NCBI GenBank assembly: GCA_964016885.1
Contig: OZ024753.1
Span: 16,430,001-16,494,000 of the forward strand
DNA: 64,000 nt
Direction: 5' to 3'
Source: Eledone cirrhosa
Lineage: Eukaryota
The notes under the pieces are model-generated. The model ran no database searches. It saw only the letters and a list, made by a program, of their open reading frames with translations, and was not told where the DNA came from. The stretch's first letter is position 1; each line of letters opens with the position of its first letter. Shown here one piece after another: positions 11,923 through 25,454 of this stretch. Both the position numbers and the translations under genes were made by a program.

Positions 11923-13020
11923 ATCATCATCATCATTATCGTTTTACGTCCATTTCTCCACGCTAGCATAGGTTAGATGAGTTGTCCTGTTGTTGGCAAT
12001 GCTAGGTCAGGTGACCATGCCTTGCTCATACAGAATTGATTTTGGCTTGATTTCTACAGCTGGATGCCCTTCCTAATGCCAACCTCATTTACAGTGTACA
12101 CTGGGTGCTTTTTGTCGTGACACCTACACGACCACATTACAGTGTTCACTGGGTGCTTTTTTCGTGACACCTACATGACCACTTTACAGTGGATATTGGG
12201 TGCTTTATGTCATGACACCTACATGACCACTTTACAGTGTGGACTGGGTACTTTTTATCATGACACCTACACGACTACTTTACACTGGAGACTGGGTACT
12301 TTTTGTCATGACACCTACATAACCACTATAGTGTGGTCTGGGCTCTTTTGTTGTGCTCAAAGGGGGATCACATTATAGGGGTGATTGGAAACTTGGGAGG
12401 GGTGTGGAAGAGACTTTGGAAATTGGGGACTTAGGTATAGGGGAGGTTTATGGGAGGAGAGATGGTAGGGAATGGTGTTGCCTACTAGGTATATGCCTCA
12501 GCCCAAGAATAATATAGGGTGGGTCTTCTGTAATACTTCATAGCCGGAGGTCACGATCCTGTGTCATTATCTGAATGAGGTGTAATTAAGCAAAGTCAGC
12601 TCTTATTACCTCATCCCAAGTCTTCCTAGGCCTGCCTACTCCTTGGCTACCATCAACATTGAGTGCTCTACACCTTTTTATACATCTGTCATCCTTCATA
12701 CACATCACATGTCCAAACCAATGCAATCTTCTCTCCTGCACACAACATCTGATCCCTCTTATTCCTAGTTTCTCGTGCAGTTCATTTATACTTTGCTGTT
12801 CACGTATATTTCTATTGCACATCCATTAAAGCATGGAGGTTTCATTTCTTTCCAATCTTTGCAGGTCCTCTGCACACAGAGCCCAGGTGTCGCTGCTGTG
12901 CAACATAGTTGTTCTTATACATGCATCATACAGTCTGCCTTTCATTTTCAGAGAAAAAAACCTTTTGTAGTTAACAGGGGTAGGAGATCCCTGAACTTTC
13001 TCCAACCCGATCTCACTTTA
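11921..13020 (-). mobile_element. RTE 3' fragment with expanded 48-bp UTR repeat
   Basis: RRLHWFGHV...GRPRKTW, RTE UTR and (ATG)n tail. Confidence 0.85.
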
Positions 13021-13469
13021 CACAACGCTCTATTTATATACACATTTTCACATCAATCTGTCCACCAGTAAAGATACTATAAATATTTGAATTAACAAAC
13101 CATTTGAAATCACATTAGCAAGAAATAATTCCAAAGTACAAAGCAGCATTATGACCACAACACTTTAAAAATTAAACTTTTTACTCTAATACTACACAAT
13201 GTTTGTCTACCAGTAAAGATACAATTACCATTTTAATAAACAAACCTGCTTTTAGACATTTTCTGATAAATCATCATAGGATGTTAAGAGTTAAAGATGT
13301 GCTGCTTGTTTTTGGCACAAACTGCATCCCACCTGATTTGACTATTTCTCTATGTTGTGCTAAAATTCTGTCATTTTTATAATCCATCAGTTGTATTTAA
13401 ATATACAGCCTCCTCCTTGCCTCTATAGTGTTATTTCATGAATCAAAAGACAAGGACTCTTGTACTTAC

Positions 13470-13726
13470 CGCTGAGGTCAATATATTTAATAAGTGGGTG
13501 TGATAACCCTTCAGATACATCCTCAATCCTGTTATAACGAAGGGAAATATATTGTAAGTAGGAATGAGTTTCAAGAGGAAACTTTTCAACATGGTTTTTC
13601 TCTGCTTTCAGGTATAACAGATCTGGTAAGTTGTTGAAGAGGCTTAGATCGACCAAGGAGTTGCCGCTTAGATCAATGATCCTTAAGTGAATATATTTCT
13701 TAAGAATGGAGATATCAGTCAGTCCC
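13470..13726 (-). CDS. LRRC23: LRRC23 coding exon 3 (257 nt, leucine-rich repeats)
   Basis: GLTDISILKKYIHLRIIDLSGNSLVDLS...LLYLKAEKN...YLQYISLRYNRI...GLSHP matches recalled human DLTDIYLLRSYIHLRYVDISENHLTDLS...LLWLKADGN...YLQIASFAYNQI...GISHP. Acceptor TTTTATTTTCTCAG, donor G|GTAAGT, phase 2 to 1. No further exon found in 1-13400. Confidence 0.93.
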
Positions 13727-13801
13727 CTGAGAAAATAAAAGGCAGAAATAAATGTATTTACTGTCTCTGTCATATGAGATCATAGTTTACATACAAATAT
13801 A

Positions 13802-14125
13802 CAGTGGAACCTCGGTTCGTGAACTTAATTCGTTCCTCAAGGCAGTTCATCACTCAAAATGTTTGTAAAGCAAAACTTTTTCTCATACGAAATGTTGAGA
13901 GAGGAATACAGTGAGAGAGAGACTGTGTGTGAAAGACAGATAGATATCACCTTAGTAACTAACTACACAGCAAGTGACACTTTCCCACCGATACTCCCAG
14001 CTTGTCACCAACTGTTGTTTCCAGATTTCATGTTTATTTCTCGAGATACTGTTCGTCAATCTAGACATTTTATGTTCAGAAAAATTGTTTGTGACGAAAG
14101 GTGTTTGTGAAGCAAGGTTCCACTG
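13802..14125. mobile_element. Tigger/pogo-like MITE
   Basis: TA-CAGTGGAACCTCGGTTCGTGAAC ... GTTTGTGAAGCAAGGTTCCACTG-TA. Confidence 0.85.
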
Positions 14126-14320
14126 TACTTGTTCCATCTCGATTGTTCATTCCATTCATTTTATTGACACCAAAAGGATGAACAGCAATGTTGACCTTGA
14201 AGTTGACCATGCCAAGATTGGAACTCGGAGCTGAAGGAACCAAAACAAATATCCCAAGACATTTAATCTGATGTTCAAAAGACTCTGCCATATCTTTATG
14301 GGTGGAGTAGAAGACTAAGT

Positions 14321-14586
14321 GAAGGCACATGGCCTAACGATGTGTTAGACCTATGATCATAATGCCATGGGTTTGCTTACTGGGCTGGGTTATGTGTTGT
14401 GTTCTTGAGCAAAACACTTCATTTACACGTTGCTCCAGTAGATTCAGCTGAAAAAGAGTTCTAGCAATAACTGGGGATTTAAACCTGTGATGGAGCGGTA
14501 TCCTATCCAGGGGGAAGTCTTGTACTCTCAGTTATATAACATTGATGAAACTGCGATAAACACCAGCCTGATGAGTCACCAGGCTT
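14321..14586 (+). mobile_element. Old tRNA-derived SINE with a different 3' domain
   Basis: Degenerate head, CTTGAGCAAAACACTT core, CTGTGATGGAGCGGTATCCTATCCAGGGG domain. Confidence 0.65.
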
Positions 14587-14834
14587 AAGGTAAAAGTAGA
14601 AAGGAAATTAGTAAACCCTAGCTTATTCCTCTATTCACTCTTTGTGGTTATGTCACCTTGAATGTCTGAAGCTAATATTGGGTAGGACTTCTTAGACTAG
14701 CAACTTTCAATGTTGTTAATGATGTTGCCATGATAAAACATGCCTGGGACATTCTGTGAAGTGGTTGGTGTCTGAATGGAGATAATGATTGAGAGAACCT
14801 TTTTAGTCCTGTTGAGTTTATAAAAATCTCACTA

Positions 14835-15430
14835 GTGCTGGTGCTATGATAAAATACACCCAGTACACTCTGTAACGTGATAGTGTTGGTGCCGTGATAA
14901 AATACACCCAGTACGCTCTGTAAAGTAGTACTGTTGGTGCCATGATAAAAATGAACCCAGTATGCACTGCGAACTGGTGTTGGTGTCATGATAAGGGGTA
15001 GGGCTGGTGCCCTGCTAAAATATACCCAATATACTCTGTAAAGTGGTAGTGTTGGTGCCGTGGTAAAAATAGACCCAGTATACTCTGTAAAATAGTAGTC
15101 CTGGTGCCATGATAAAATACACCCAGTACACTCTGTAAAGGAGTAGAGTTGGTACTATGATAAAATACAACCAGTACACTCTGTAAAATAGTAGTGCTGG
15201 TGCCATGACAAAATTCACCCAGTACACTCTGTAAAGGAGAAGGGTTGGTAATAGGATAAAATACACCCAGTACACTCTGTAAAGGAGTAGAGTTGGTGCC
15301 ATGATAAAATACACCCAGTACACTTTGTAAAGGAGTAGGATTGGTACTATGATAAAATACACCCACTACACTCTGTAAAGGAGTAGGGTTGGTACTATGA
15401 TAAAATACACCCAGTACACTCTGTAAAGGG
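14835..15430. repeat. 48-bp minisatellite derived from RTE UTR, about 12 copies
   Basis: Unit ...ATGATAAAATACACCCAGTACACTCTGTAAAG..., running into GTTAGGAAGGACAT and an ATG tail. Confidence 0.9.
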
Positions 15431-15671
15431 GTTAGCGTTAGGAAGGACATTCATCTGTCAAAACTATGCCAAAATTGGAATGTACTAGCAAGACATGGTC
15501 ACCCATCCCATCTTATCTTTGTGACAACCCATGCCAATATGGAAAGCAGATGTAAAATGATGGTAATGACAATGATGATAATGATGATGTTGATAACAAT
15601 GAAGATGGTGATGATAATGATGATGATGGTGAGTTTGATGATGATGATAACGATGTTATTGAACAACTTAC

Positions 15672-15781
15672 CTATCATTAATAACGAGTTGAACAAAGGC
15701 ATGTGCAATTCCATTACCTGTCCTACGTACTAACGATATGCCTTTGCTAATCATTTCTTCAGTCAAAGGAACATTTTGTAC
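15672..15781 (-). CDS. LRRC23: LRRC23 coding exon 2 (110 nt; not in the supplied ORF frame)
   Basis: Hand translation VQNVPLTEEMISKGISLVRRTGNGIAHAFVQLVIND(R) matches recalled human PTPLTEDMMKEGLSLLCKTGNGLAHAYVKLEVKER. Acceptor TTTTATATAG, donor AG|GTAAGT, phase 0 to 2. Confidence 0.93.
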
Positions 15782-15852
15782 CTATATAAAACATAAAATA
15801 TTTTAAAAAATGAAAGTAATGGTCCCTTAAATCTAGATAGAGCCATAGGGTC

Positions 15853-18499
15853 AAAACCTGGCAGAGTCCATTACTCACCAAGTAGGGTCACCACTGTCCT
15901 GACTCATACATGCTGGCTCTGGGATATTTAAAACCTGGCAGAGTCCATTACTCTCCAAGTAGGGTCACCACTGTCCTGACTAATACATGCTGTGTCTGGG
16001 GTATTTAAAACCTGGCAGAATCCATTACTCTCCAAGTAGGGTCACCACTGTCCTGACTCATACATGCTGTGTCTTGGGTATTTAAAACCTGGCAGAGTCC
16101 ATTACTCTCCAAGTAGGGTCACCACTGTCCTGACTCATACAAGCTATGTCTGGGGTATTTAAAACCTGGCAGAGTCCATTACTCTCCAAGTAGGGTCACC
16201 ACTGTCCTGACTCATACAAGCTGTGTCTGGGGTATTTAAAACCTGGCAGAGTCCATTACTCTCCAAGTAGGGTCACCACTGTCCTGACTCATACAAGCTG
16301 TGTCTTGGCTATTTAAAACCTGGCAGAGTCCATTACTCTCCAAGTAGGGTCACCACTGTCCTGACTCATACATGCTGTGTCTGGGGTATTTAAAACCTGG
16401 CAGAGTCCATTACTCTCCAAGTAGGGTCACCACTGTCCTGACTCATACAAGCTGTGTCTGGGGTATTTAAAACCTGGCAGAGTCCATTACTCTCCAAGTA
16501 GGGTCACCACTGTCCTGACTCATACAAGCTGTGTCTTGGCTATTTAAAACCTGGCAGAGTCCATTACTCTCCAAGTAGGGTCACCACTGTCCTGACTCAT
16601 ACATGCTGTGTCTTGGCTATTTAAAACCTGGCAGAGTCCATTACTCTCCAAGTAGGGTCACCACTGTCCTGACTCATACATGCTGTGTCTTGGCTATTTA
16701 AAACCTGGCAGAGTCCATTACTCTCCAAGTAGGGTCACCACTGTCCTGACTCATACATGCTGTGTCTTGGCTATTTAAAACCTGGCAGAGTCCATTACTC
16801 TCCAAGTAGGGTCACCACTGTCCTGACTCATACATGCTGTGTCTTGGCTATTTAAAACCTGGCAGAGTCCATTACTCTCCAAGTAGGGTCACCACTGTCC
16901 TGACTCATACATGCTGTGTCTTGGCTATTTAAAACCTGGCAGAGTCCATTACTCTCCAAGTAGGGTCACCACTGTCCTGACTAATACATGCTGTGTCTTG
17001 GCTATTTAAAACCTGGCAGAGTCCATTACTCTCCAAGTAGGGTCACCACTGTCCTGACTAATACATGCTGTGTCTTGGCTATTTAAAACCTGGCAGAGTC
17101 CATTACTCTCCAAGTAGGGTCACCACTGTCCTGACTCATACATGCTGTGTCTGGGCTATTTAAAACCTGGCAGAGTCCATTACTCTCCAAGTAGGGTCAC
17201 CACTGTCCTGACTCATACATGCTGTGTCTTGGCTATTTGAAACCTGGCAGAGTCCATTACTCTCCAAGTAGGGTCACCACTGTCCTGACTAATACATGCT
17301 GTGTCTTGGCTATTTAAAACCTGGCAGAGTCCATTACTCTCCAAGTAGGGTCACCACTGCCCTGACTCATACATGCTGTTTCTGGGATATTTAAAACCTG
17401 GCAGAGTCCATTACTCTCCAAGTAGGGTCACCACTGTCCTGACTAATACATGCTGTGTCTGGGGTATTTAAAACCTGGCAGAGTCCATTACTCTCCAAGT
17501 AGGGTCACCACTGTCCTGACTCATACATGCTGTGTCTGGGGTATTTAAAACCTGGCAGAGTCCATTACTCTTCAAGTAGGGTCACCACTGTCCTGACTCA
17601 TACATGCTGTGTCTGGGGTATTTAAAACCTGGCAGAGTCCATTACTCTTCAAGTAGGGTCACCACTGTCCTAACTCATACATGTTGTGTCTTGGGTATTT
17701 AAAACCTGGCAGAGTCCATTACTCTTCAAGTAGGGTCACCACTGTCCTGACTCATACATGCTGTGTCTTGGCTATTTAAAACCTGGCAGAATCCATTACT
17801 CTCCAAGTAGGGTCACCACTGCCCTGACTCATACATGCTGTTTCTGGGATATTTAAAACCTGGCAGAGTCCATTACTCTCCAAGTAGGGTCACCACTGTC
17901 CTGACTCATACATGCTGTGTCTGGGGTATTTAAAACCTGGCAGAGTCCATTACTCTTCAAGTAGGGTCACCACTGTCCTGACTCATACAAGCTGTGTCTG
18001 GGGTATTTAAAACCTGGCAGAGTCCATTACTCTCCAAGTAGGGTCACCACTGTCCTGACTCATACATGCTGTTTCTGGGGTATTTAAAACCTGGCAGAGT
18101 CCATTACTCTCCAAGTAGGGTCACCACTGTCCTGACTCATACATGCTGTGTCTGGGGTATTTAAAACCTGGCAGAGTCCATTACTCTCCAAGTAGGGTCA
18201 CCACTGTCCTGACTAATACATGCTGTGTCTGGGGTATTTAAAACCTGGCAGAGTCCATTACTCTCCAAGTAGGGTCACCACTGTCCTGACTCATACATGC
18301 TGTGTCTCGGCTATTTAAAACCTGGCAGAGTCCATTACTCTCCAAGTAGGGTCACCACTGCCCTGACTCATACATGCTGTGTCTGGGGTATTTAAAACCT
18401 GGCAGAGTCCATTACTCTCCAAGTAGGGTCACCACTGCCCTGACTAATACATGCTGTGTCTGGGGCAGAGCAAATGGCAGAGCCCATTACTCTCCAAGT
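15853..18499. repeat. 77-bp minisatellite, about 34 copies
   Basis: Unit AAAACCTGGCAGAGTCCATTACTCTCCAAGTAGGGTCACCACTGTCCTGACTCATACATGCTGTGTCTGGGGTATTT. Confidence 0.97.
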
Positions 18500-19021
18500 C
18501 GGAACACAACTGATTTCCTCAAGACATCTACTGCAAATGACAGCAGAACATGAGAATTCCCAGTTCTGTCAGCTGAGGTGTAGTGACACTGTTGGGAAAG
18601 GACCCAAACAAGGGGGACCATAATGATAATTTTGGCCAAGGTAGTGATGAGGTGGCGTTTGTCTTCGGTGATCAGGATTGAGAGGCACAACCATGCACCA
18701 TTCCATAAAGATTCATCCATGACAACTTCCATCTCATGTGGTACATCATAGTTAGGGTGGTTAAGCAACCTGGCAGAGGTGGAGCCCTCATCCACTTAGA
18801 TTAATTGAAAGCTTTTGACAGTGTCAACCATCGGTTCCTAGCTGTAGTCCTCAACACAGCTGGGCTTGGATCACTGCAACGTACAATGACATCTGCTCTG
18901 TGGTAAGAGTGAACGGTCACCTATCTGAACCATTTGACATCATGCACTCGATCCATCAAGGTTGTCCCCTTTCATTTCTGTGGCATGTATTGACTCTCGA
19001 GACACTACTATAAAATTAGAG
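18480..19021 (+). mobile_element. Old Tx1-like RT relic
   Basis: IYCK*QQNMRIPSSVS*GVVTLLGKDPNKGD, DNFHLMWYII, GGALIHLD*LKAFD, HQGCPLS..VLTLETLL*KLE are colinear with the ORF at 60555-63138. Confidence 0.88.
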
Positions 19022-19892
19022 ACATACTGTACTATACAAATTAGAGACATACTGTACTATACAAATTAGAGGTGTACTGAACTATACAAATTAGAGACAT
19101 ACTGTACTATACAAATTAGAGGTGTACTGTACTATACAAATTAGAGACATACTGTACTATACAAATTAGAGACATACTGTACTATAAAATTAGAGACATA
19201 CTGTACTATACAAATTAGAGACATACTGTACTATACAAATTAGAGACATACTGTACTATACAAATTAGAGATGTACTGTACTATACAAATTAGAGACACA
19301 TTATACTATACAAATTAGAGACATACTGTACTATACAAATTAGAGATGTACTGTACTATAAAATTAGAGATATACTGTACTATAAAATTAGAGATATACT
19401 GTACTATACAAATTAGAGACATACTGTACTATAAAATTAGAGACATACTGTACTATAAAATTAGAGATATACTGTACTATAAAATTAGAGATATACTGTA
19501 CTATACAAATTAGAGACATACTGTACTATACAAATTAGAGATGTACTATACTATACAAATTAGAGATGTACTATACTATACAGATTAGAGACATACTGTA
19601 CTATACAAATTAGAGACATACTGTACTATACAGATTAGAGACATACTGTACTATACAGATTAGAGACATACTGTACTATACAGATTAGAGACATACTGTA
19701 CTATACAAATTAGAGATGTACTGTACTATACACATTAGAGATGTACTGTACTATACAAATTAGAGACATACTATACAAATTTGAGATATACTATACTATA
19801 CAAATTAGAGATGTACTATACTATACAAATTAGAGATATACTGTACTATACAGATTAGAGATGTACTATACTATACAGATTAGAGATGTACT
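19000..19892. repeat. 25-bp minisatellite, left part
   Basis: Unit ACATACTGTACTATACAAATTAGAG. Confidence 0.95.
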
Positions 19893-22800
19893 CATCATCA
19901 TCACCGTTTTACGTCCGTTCTTCCATGCTAGCATGGGTTAAACGGGTTGTCCTGTTGTGGACAGTGTCTGGTCGGCTGACCATGCCCTGCTCATACAGGA
20001 ACTGATTTTGGCTTGATTTCTACAGCTGGATGCCCTTCCTAACACCAACCTCATTTACAGTGAGTGCTGGGTGCTTTTTTTCCATGGCGCCTTCATGTCC
20101 ACTTTACAGTGTGGGCTGGGTGCTTTTTTGCCGTGGCACCTCCACGACCACTTTGCAGTGGGAGGGTGTGTGGGCATATTGTCTATATGCTTCAGCTTGT
20201 ACCCATGGGAGGTCGGGTACTCTGTATTACTGCATGACGCCAGAGGTCACGGTCATGTGTCATCGCCTTTGAGAGGTGAAACTGGGTACGGTCGGCCCCT
20301 ATCCCCTCATCCCAGGTTTTCTTGGGTCTCCCCACTCTGCGGTTTCCATCGACTTCTAGTGCTCTGCACCTTTTTATGCAGCTGTCATCCTTCATACACA
20401 TCACATGTCCATACCAATGCAACCGCCTCTCCTGCACACAGCACTTGATTCCTCTTATGCTGAGTCTCTCTCTCAATTCATTTATGCTTTGCCGTTCGCG
20501 TATATTACTATTACACATCCATCGGAGCATGCAGGCTTCGTTTCTTTCTAATCTACGTAAGTCTCCCACCTTCAGCGCCCAGGTCTCACTACCATGTAAC
20601 ATTGCTGTTTGGATACACGCATCATACAGTCTGCCTTTCATTTTGAGGGAGAAGCCTTTTGCAGCTAGCAGTGACAGTAGTTCCCTGAACTTCTTCCATT
20701 CTGTTCTTACCCTAGTTATTGTACTTTCTGAACACCCACCTCCGCTGCTAATTCGGTCACCTAGGTAGAAGAAGCTGTCTACTGTTTCTACAGAGCCCTC
20801 CCAGAGATTGGTGGTACTTGTTTCCTGTGGCTGTTTGCTGCTTGCTGTCCCAGCACAGCTGCTGCATGTGAAGCCTACATTCTTAATTAAGCTTCCTGAG
20901 ATCCCGCTACATCTCTTGTGTACCCATTGTTTGCATTTGGGGCAGAGAATGGAGTTCCTACCTACACCTTTCCTACATACTGAGCAAGGCCATTTCCCTG
21001 TGGTGATCTGGGTTCTGTTTTCTCGTCTACTTACAAGGACCTTAGTTTTTGTCATGTTGACTTTGAGACCCTTTCTTTCTAGTCCCTGCTTCCAAGTTTG
21101 GAATTTCTTCTCTAGTTCTACCATAGATTCAGCTATAAGTGCGGAGTTCCCATGGGCATCCGGTCTTAAACTCCTCCGTTATTGCCTGCAGGACTATGAT
21201 GAACAGGAGAGGGCTAAGAACAAATGAACCTGTACGCTAAATTCCTTGCTATACTCATTGCTAATCCTAACTTTGCTGACTGCTCCCCTATACTTGGCTT
21301 GTACAGCTTTCACAAGCCATTCATCTACTCCTAGTTTTCTAAGAGCCCACCAGATTATAGCACGTGGAACTCTGTCAAAGGCTTTCTCGAGATCGACGAA
21401 TGCCAGGTAGAGTGGCTTACTTTTAGCTAGGTACTTTTCCTGTAACTGCCTCAAAAGGAAGAGGGCATCAGTGGTGCCTCTTCCTGGTACAAACCCAAAT
21501 TGCATCTCATCTAGTTTCATCCGGTCCCTAATCAACTGTGCTATAACTCTTTCTGTTACTTTCATGACCTGGTCCATCAGCTTTATACCTCTATAGTTTC
21601 CTCTATCTAGTGCATCACCTTTATCTTTGTAGCAGTTGACAATGATGCTACTGCACCAATCTTTTGGTATGACACCTTCTAGTATTACCTGGTTAACAAT
21701 ACGTGTGGTTATAGTGTGACCTACAGACCCAGATGCCTTCAGCATCTCGGCAGCTATACCCGATGGACCGGTTGCCTTCCCCATCTTCATATCTTTGATT
21801 GCCTTACTTACTACGCTGCCGCTGACTTGTACTGCTGGCCCCTCTATAGGGTCTACTTGGGGTAGGGTCTCTTGTTCCCATGCATTCTCCTCATTTAGTA
21901 ATCTATCATAATAGCTCTTCTATGCATCTTTCTTCTCAGCACTTGTGAGGGCAAGCTCACCTTTATCATTCCGGATACACTTCTCTCCAATGACATCACA
22001 ATTCTCTCTGACACACTGCCTCGCAATCTTGAACGCCTCCTGTTTCTGGTCCTCAAATTGCAAAACATGCTTGAATTTTCTATCCTCTGCTTCCCTCCTA
22101 GCTAAGTATACTTGTCACCTAGCTTCCATCTTGGTCTCTATGTAATGTACCCTGCTTCCCCCATTCTTCCATTTTTTCCATGCCTGTCTCTTGGCCTTAA
22201 CTGCCTCATTGTTCCACCACCAAATCACTCTCCTCCTGTTTGTGGTCTTACTCCAGCCACAGATCTCATCCATCGCGTCTAGTAAGTTATTTTTTAGGAA
22301 CTCCCAGTGCTCTTCTACATTGAATGTCTCTATCTGTTCTTCTTTACTGTCGTAGGCGTTGAGTAAAATATCTTTAAATCTGTTGCTGGCCGAGGGGTCT
22401 TTCAGCTTCTAGATCTTTCTTCTCCAGGTTGGCCTCTGTTTCCAGGTTCGTCTAGTTCTGACCGTGAGGTTGCTGACAACTAAGCTATGTTGGGAGGTAC
22501 ATTCCTCACTAGGGAAGGCTTTTGTGTTTACGACCGTCCATCTGTCACGTCCTCTGATGAGGATAAAATCTATCTGACTAGAATGCTCCCCTGATCTATA
22601 GGTGATCAGGTGGTTGTCGGGTTTTTTGAAGTTTGTGTTACATATCGATATGTCATTGGCGTCGCAGAATTCTAGAAGTCTGAATCCTTCTTCATTTCTT
22701 GTGCCAACCCCATGGCCTCCATGGAAGCTGTCACAGTGTTTACCTACGTGTCCGTTAAAATCTCCTGCGATGATTAGGAAGTCATTGTCGTTTGTTAGAG

Positions 22801-23582
22801 CAGTAGTGTGCATTAGAGACTCATAAAACCTATCCTTAAGTTCGTCTTGGGGTGCGTAAGCTGATATTATTGTGGTAATTGTTTTATTCAGGACTAGTCT
22901 GAGTTTAATGATTCTTGCATTTACCCTGTACACTGAGATTACTTTATCTACCCACTTGTCAGCTAGTAGTATACCTACACCACCCATGCCATCGTCATTT
23001 GCCACCCAGAAAAATTTGTAGCACTGACTTTTTCCTACAAGGACTCTAGTAGACTCTCCTCTCCATCTAGTCTCTTGCACACAGCATACATCAATTTCCT
23101 TTCGCTCTAGCATCTCTACGATTTCTCCTGCTCTTCATTTCATTGTGCTTACATTGATGGTACCAACTCGGAGTTTTGGGCATTTGTCAACATTCGTAGG
23201 GAAGGGTCGATTTTTGCAGGGGTGTGTGTACTTCCTGTCTCTGAATTGGAGCTTCACATATTCATTTTCATCTATTAATTCAGAGTTGCTCCATTTATTC
23301 TCAGCTCACCATACATAACGGTAGGAAAATTCAGGGCTAGAAGAACAGTGTGGTGGTAATAATGGCAGTGTGTGTTGGGCTGGGACGGGGGAGGAAAGAG
23401 TTAGGTAGTAGTAGAAACGGCAGGGTTTGTTGGGGTTGGTAGTGTGTGTGTGGGGGGGGGGGGCATGCTGATGTTTGATTGGTCGAATAGGCTATGGTGG
23501 TGTGAGGGAAATTGTGAGGTAGGTAGCCATCATGGCCTGTAGCATATCATGGCAAAATAAACCGACAGGAGTAGATGACTTC
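19893..23582 (-). mobile_element. Near full-length, decayed RTE-clade LINE (APE endonuclease, RT, Cys/His finger), inserted in a 25-bp minisatellite
   Basis: EN motifs VQETRW, YAPQ, GDFNGH, SQIDF; RT motifs GPSG, NYRGIKL, QFGF, FVDLEKAFD; YLG and RRLHWYGHV C-terminus; (ATG)n tail at 19893; stops and frameshifts throughout. Confidence 0.95.
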
Positions 23583-24120
23583 GTACTGTACTATACAAAT
23601 TAGAGATATACTATACTATACAGATTAGAGATTTACTATACTATACAAATTAGAAACATACTATACTATACAGATTAGAGACATACTGTACTATACAGAT
23701 TAGGGATGTACTGTACTATACAAATTAGAGACATACTATACAAATTAGAGATGTACTGTACTATACAAATTAGAGACATACTGTACTATACAAATTAGAG
23801 ACATACTGTACTATACAAATTAGAGACATACTTTACTATACAGATTAGAGATGTACTATACTATACAGATTAGAATGTATTGTACTATAAAAATTAGAGA
23901 TTTACTATACTATACAGATTAGAGACATACTGTACTATACAAATTAGAGACATACTGTACTATACAAATTAGAGACATACTGTACAAATTAGAGATGTAC
24001 TATACTATACAAATTAGAGATATACTATACTATACAGATTAGAGACATACTGTACTATACAGATTAGAGACATACTATACTATACAGATTAGAGATGTAC
24101 TATACTATACAGTATACTAT
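23583..24120. repeat. 25-bp minisatellite, right part (split by the RTE)
   Basis: Same unit as 19000-19892. Confidence 0.95.
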
Positions 24121-24220
24121 GTTCAGTAGAACCAACACCCCAAACAACACTACACCTAACAAACAGATGTACTCAGTAACGTAGTCAGAACACGACATGA
24201 AAATATGATGCTTTCTTAAA

Positions 24221-24620
24221 TAGGCACAAGGCCAGCAATTATTCCAGTGCATTACTGGTACTTTATTTTATCGACCCCGTAAGGATGAAAGGCAAAGTCA
24301 ACCTCGGCGGGATTGGAACTCAGATCATAAAGGGCCATAACTTTATGCTGCAAAGCATGGTGTCCGACCCTCTACCGATACTGCCAAGTAAAGAAGTTAA
24401 TAATGCCTTCTTAGATAGCCACAAGGCCAGCAATTATACTAGTGTATTACTGGTACTTTATTTTATCGACCCCATGAGGACGAAACGCTAAGTTAACCTC
24501 AGTGGGATTTGAACTCAGAATGGCAAGGGTCGTAACTCTATGCGTCAAAGCATGGCATCAGACCTTCTACCGATACTGCCAAATAATAATTGTTTCTACT
24601 TTTGGTACAAGGCCAGCAAT
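24221..24620 (-). mobile_element. Two tandem SINE family B copies plus a tail fragment
   Basis: GGCAGTATCGGTAGAG head, GAGTTCAAATCCC B box, GGGGTCGATAAAATAAAGTACCAGT tail. Confidence 0.85.
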
Positions 24621-24785
24621 CAAACATAAGAATACAAATTTATGTGTGAGAGACGGAAACAGTCAAATGAATTTGTAATATGTGGTATTTATTATTCTAT
24701 TATGAATTACGAAAGATGCAAATAAATGTTCAATAAAAACTGAAAATATAGAGTAATAAAAATAAAAAATAAAAATGTTCTTCCC

Positions 24786-24858
24786 TGGAGAATCCGGGCA
24801 TCGATCCCGGTACCTCTCGCATGCTAAGCGAGCGCTCTACCATCTGAGCTAATTCCCC
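24786..24858 (-). tRNA. tRNA-Ala(AGC), intronic in LRRC23
   Basis: GGGGAATTAGCTCAGATGGTAGAGCGCTCGCTTAGCATGCGAGAGGTACCGGGATCGATGCCCGGATTCTCCA: 73 nt, full cloverleaf, G3-U70 Ala identity pair, AGC anticodon, T-run terminator about 10 nt downstream. Confidence 0.95.
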
Positions 24859-25346
24859 ACATCTACTGATTTCGCCCAGTTATTCTTAGTCATCACTACG
24901 CTTTATATTTTGACATATTTAGGAAGAGGAGAATGGCTGGTAAGATGTAATATATAAATACAACTGTTTAAAGTTATTAAGACTGTTATTTAACACAAGG
25001 TTAGTTATTATCCAGCAGACATTTCATTAAAAATATTCTACTTAACACCATCTTCTTATTTAATCGACTATATTATCTACGTACATATTTTAACACAGCA
25101 TGGTGTATTTTAAGAGAGATTTGGCTGCTATTTCTAACAGACTGAGCGACAGCCTTTATAAAAAAACCTTTCTGGTTGATTCGTTAAAAATCTAAATAAA
25201 CGTTTCATAGCAACAGTTTTATTTACTTACAGAAGAATGGCAGAATTAGTGCAGCGTCGGACAAAATTGTTTGTGATGTCCAATCATGTCTTTTAATCTA
25301 CTTATTTATTTCATTAATTAATTCCAAGCAAAATATAATATAACGG

Positions 25347-25395
<49 letters not shown>

Positions 25396-25454
25396 TCTCG
25401 TAGAAATAAACATGGTTTATATAAATCCTATTTCTAAATCACATTCATTACATA

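Noticed and set aside
14547-14586. GAAA...CTGATGAG hammerhead-like words
   Set aside because: Part of an old SINE 3' domain; stems do not form.
15853-18499. Possible CRISPR-like array
   Set aside because: No unique spacers; the whole 77-bp unit repeats, no cas genes, eukaryotic context.
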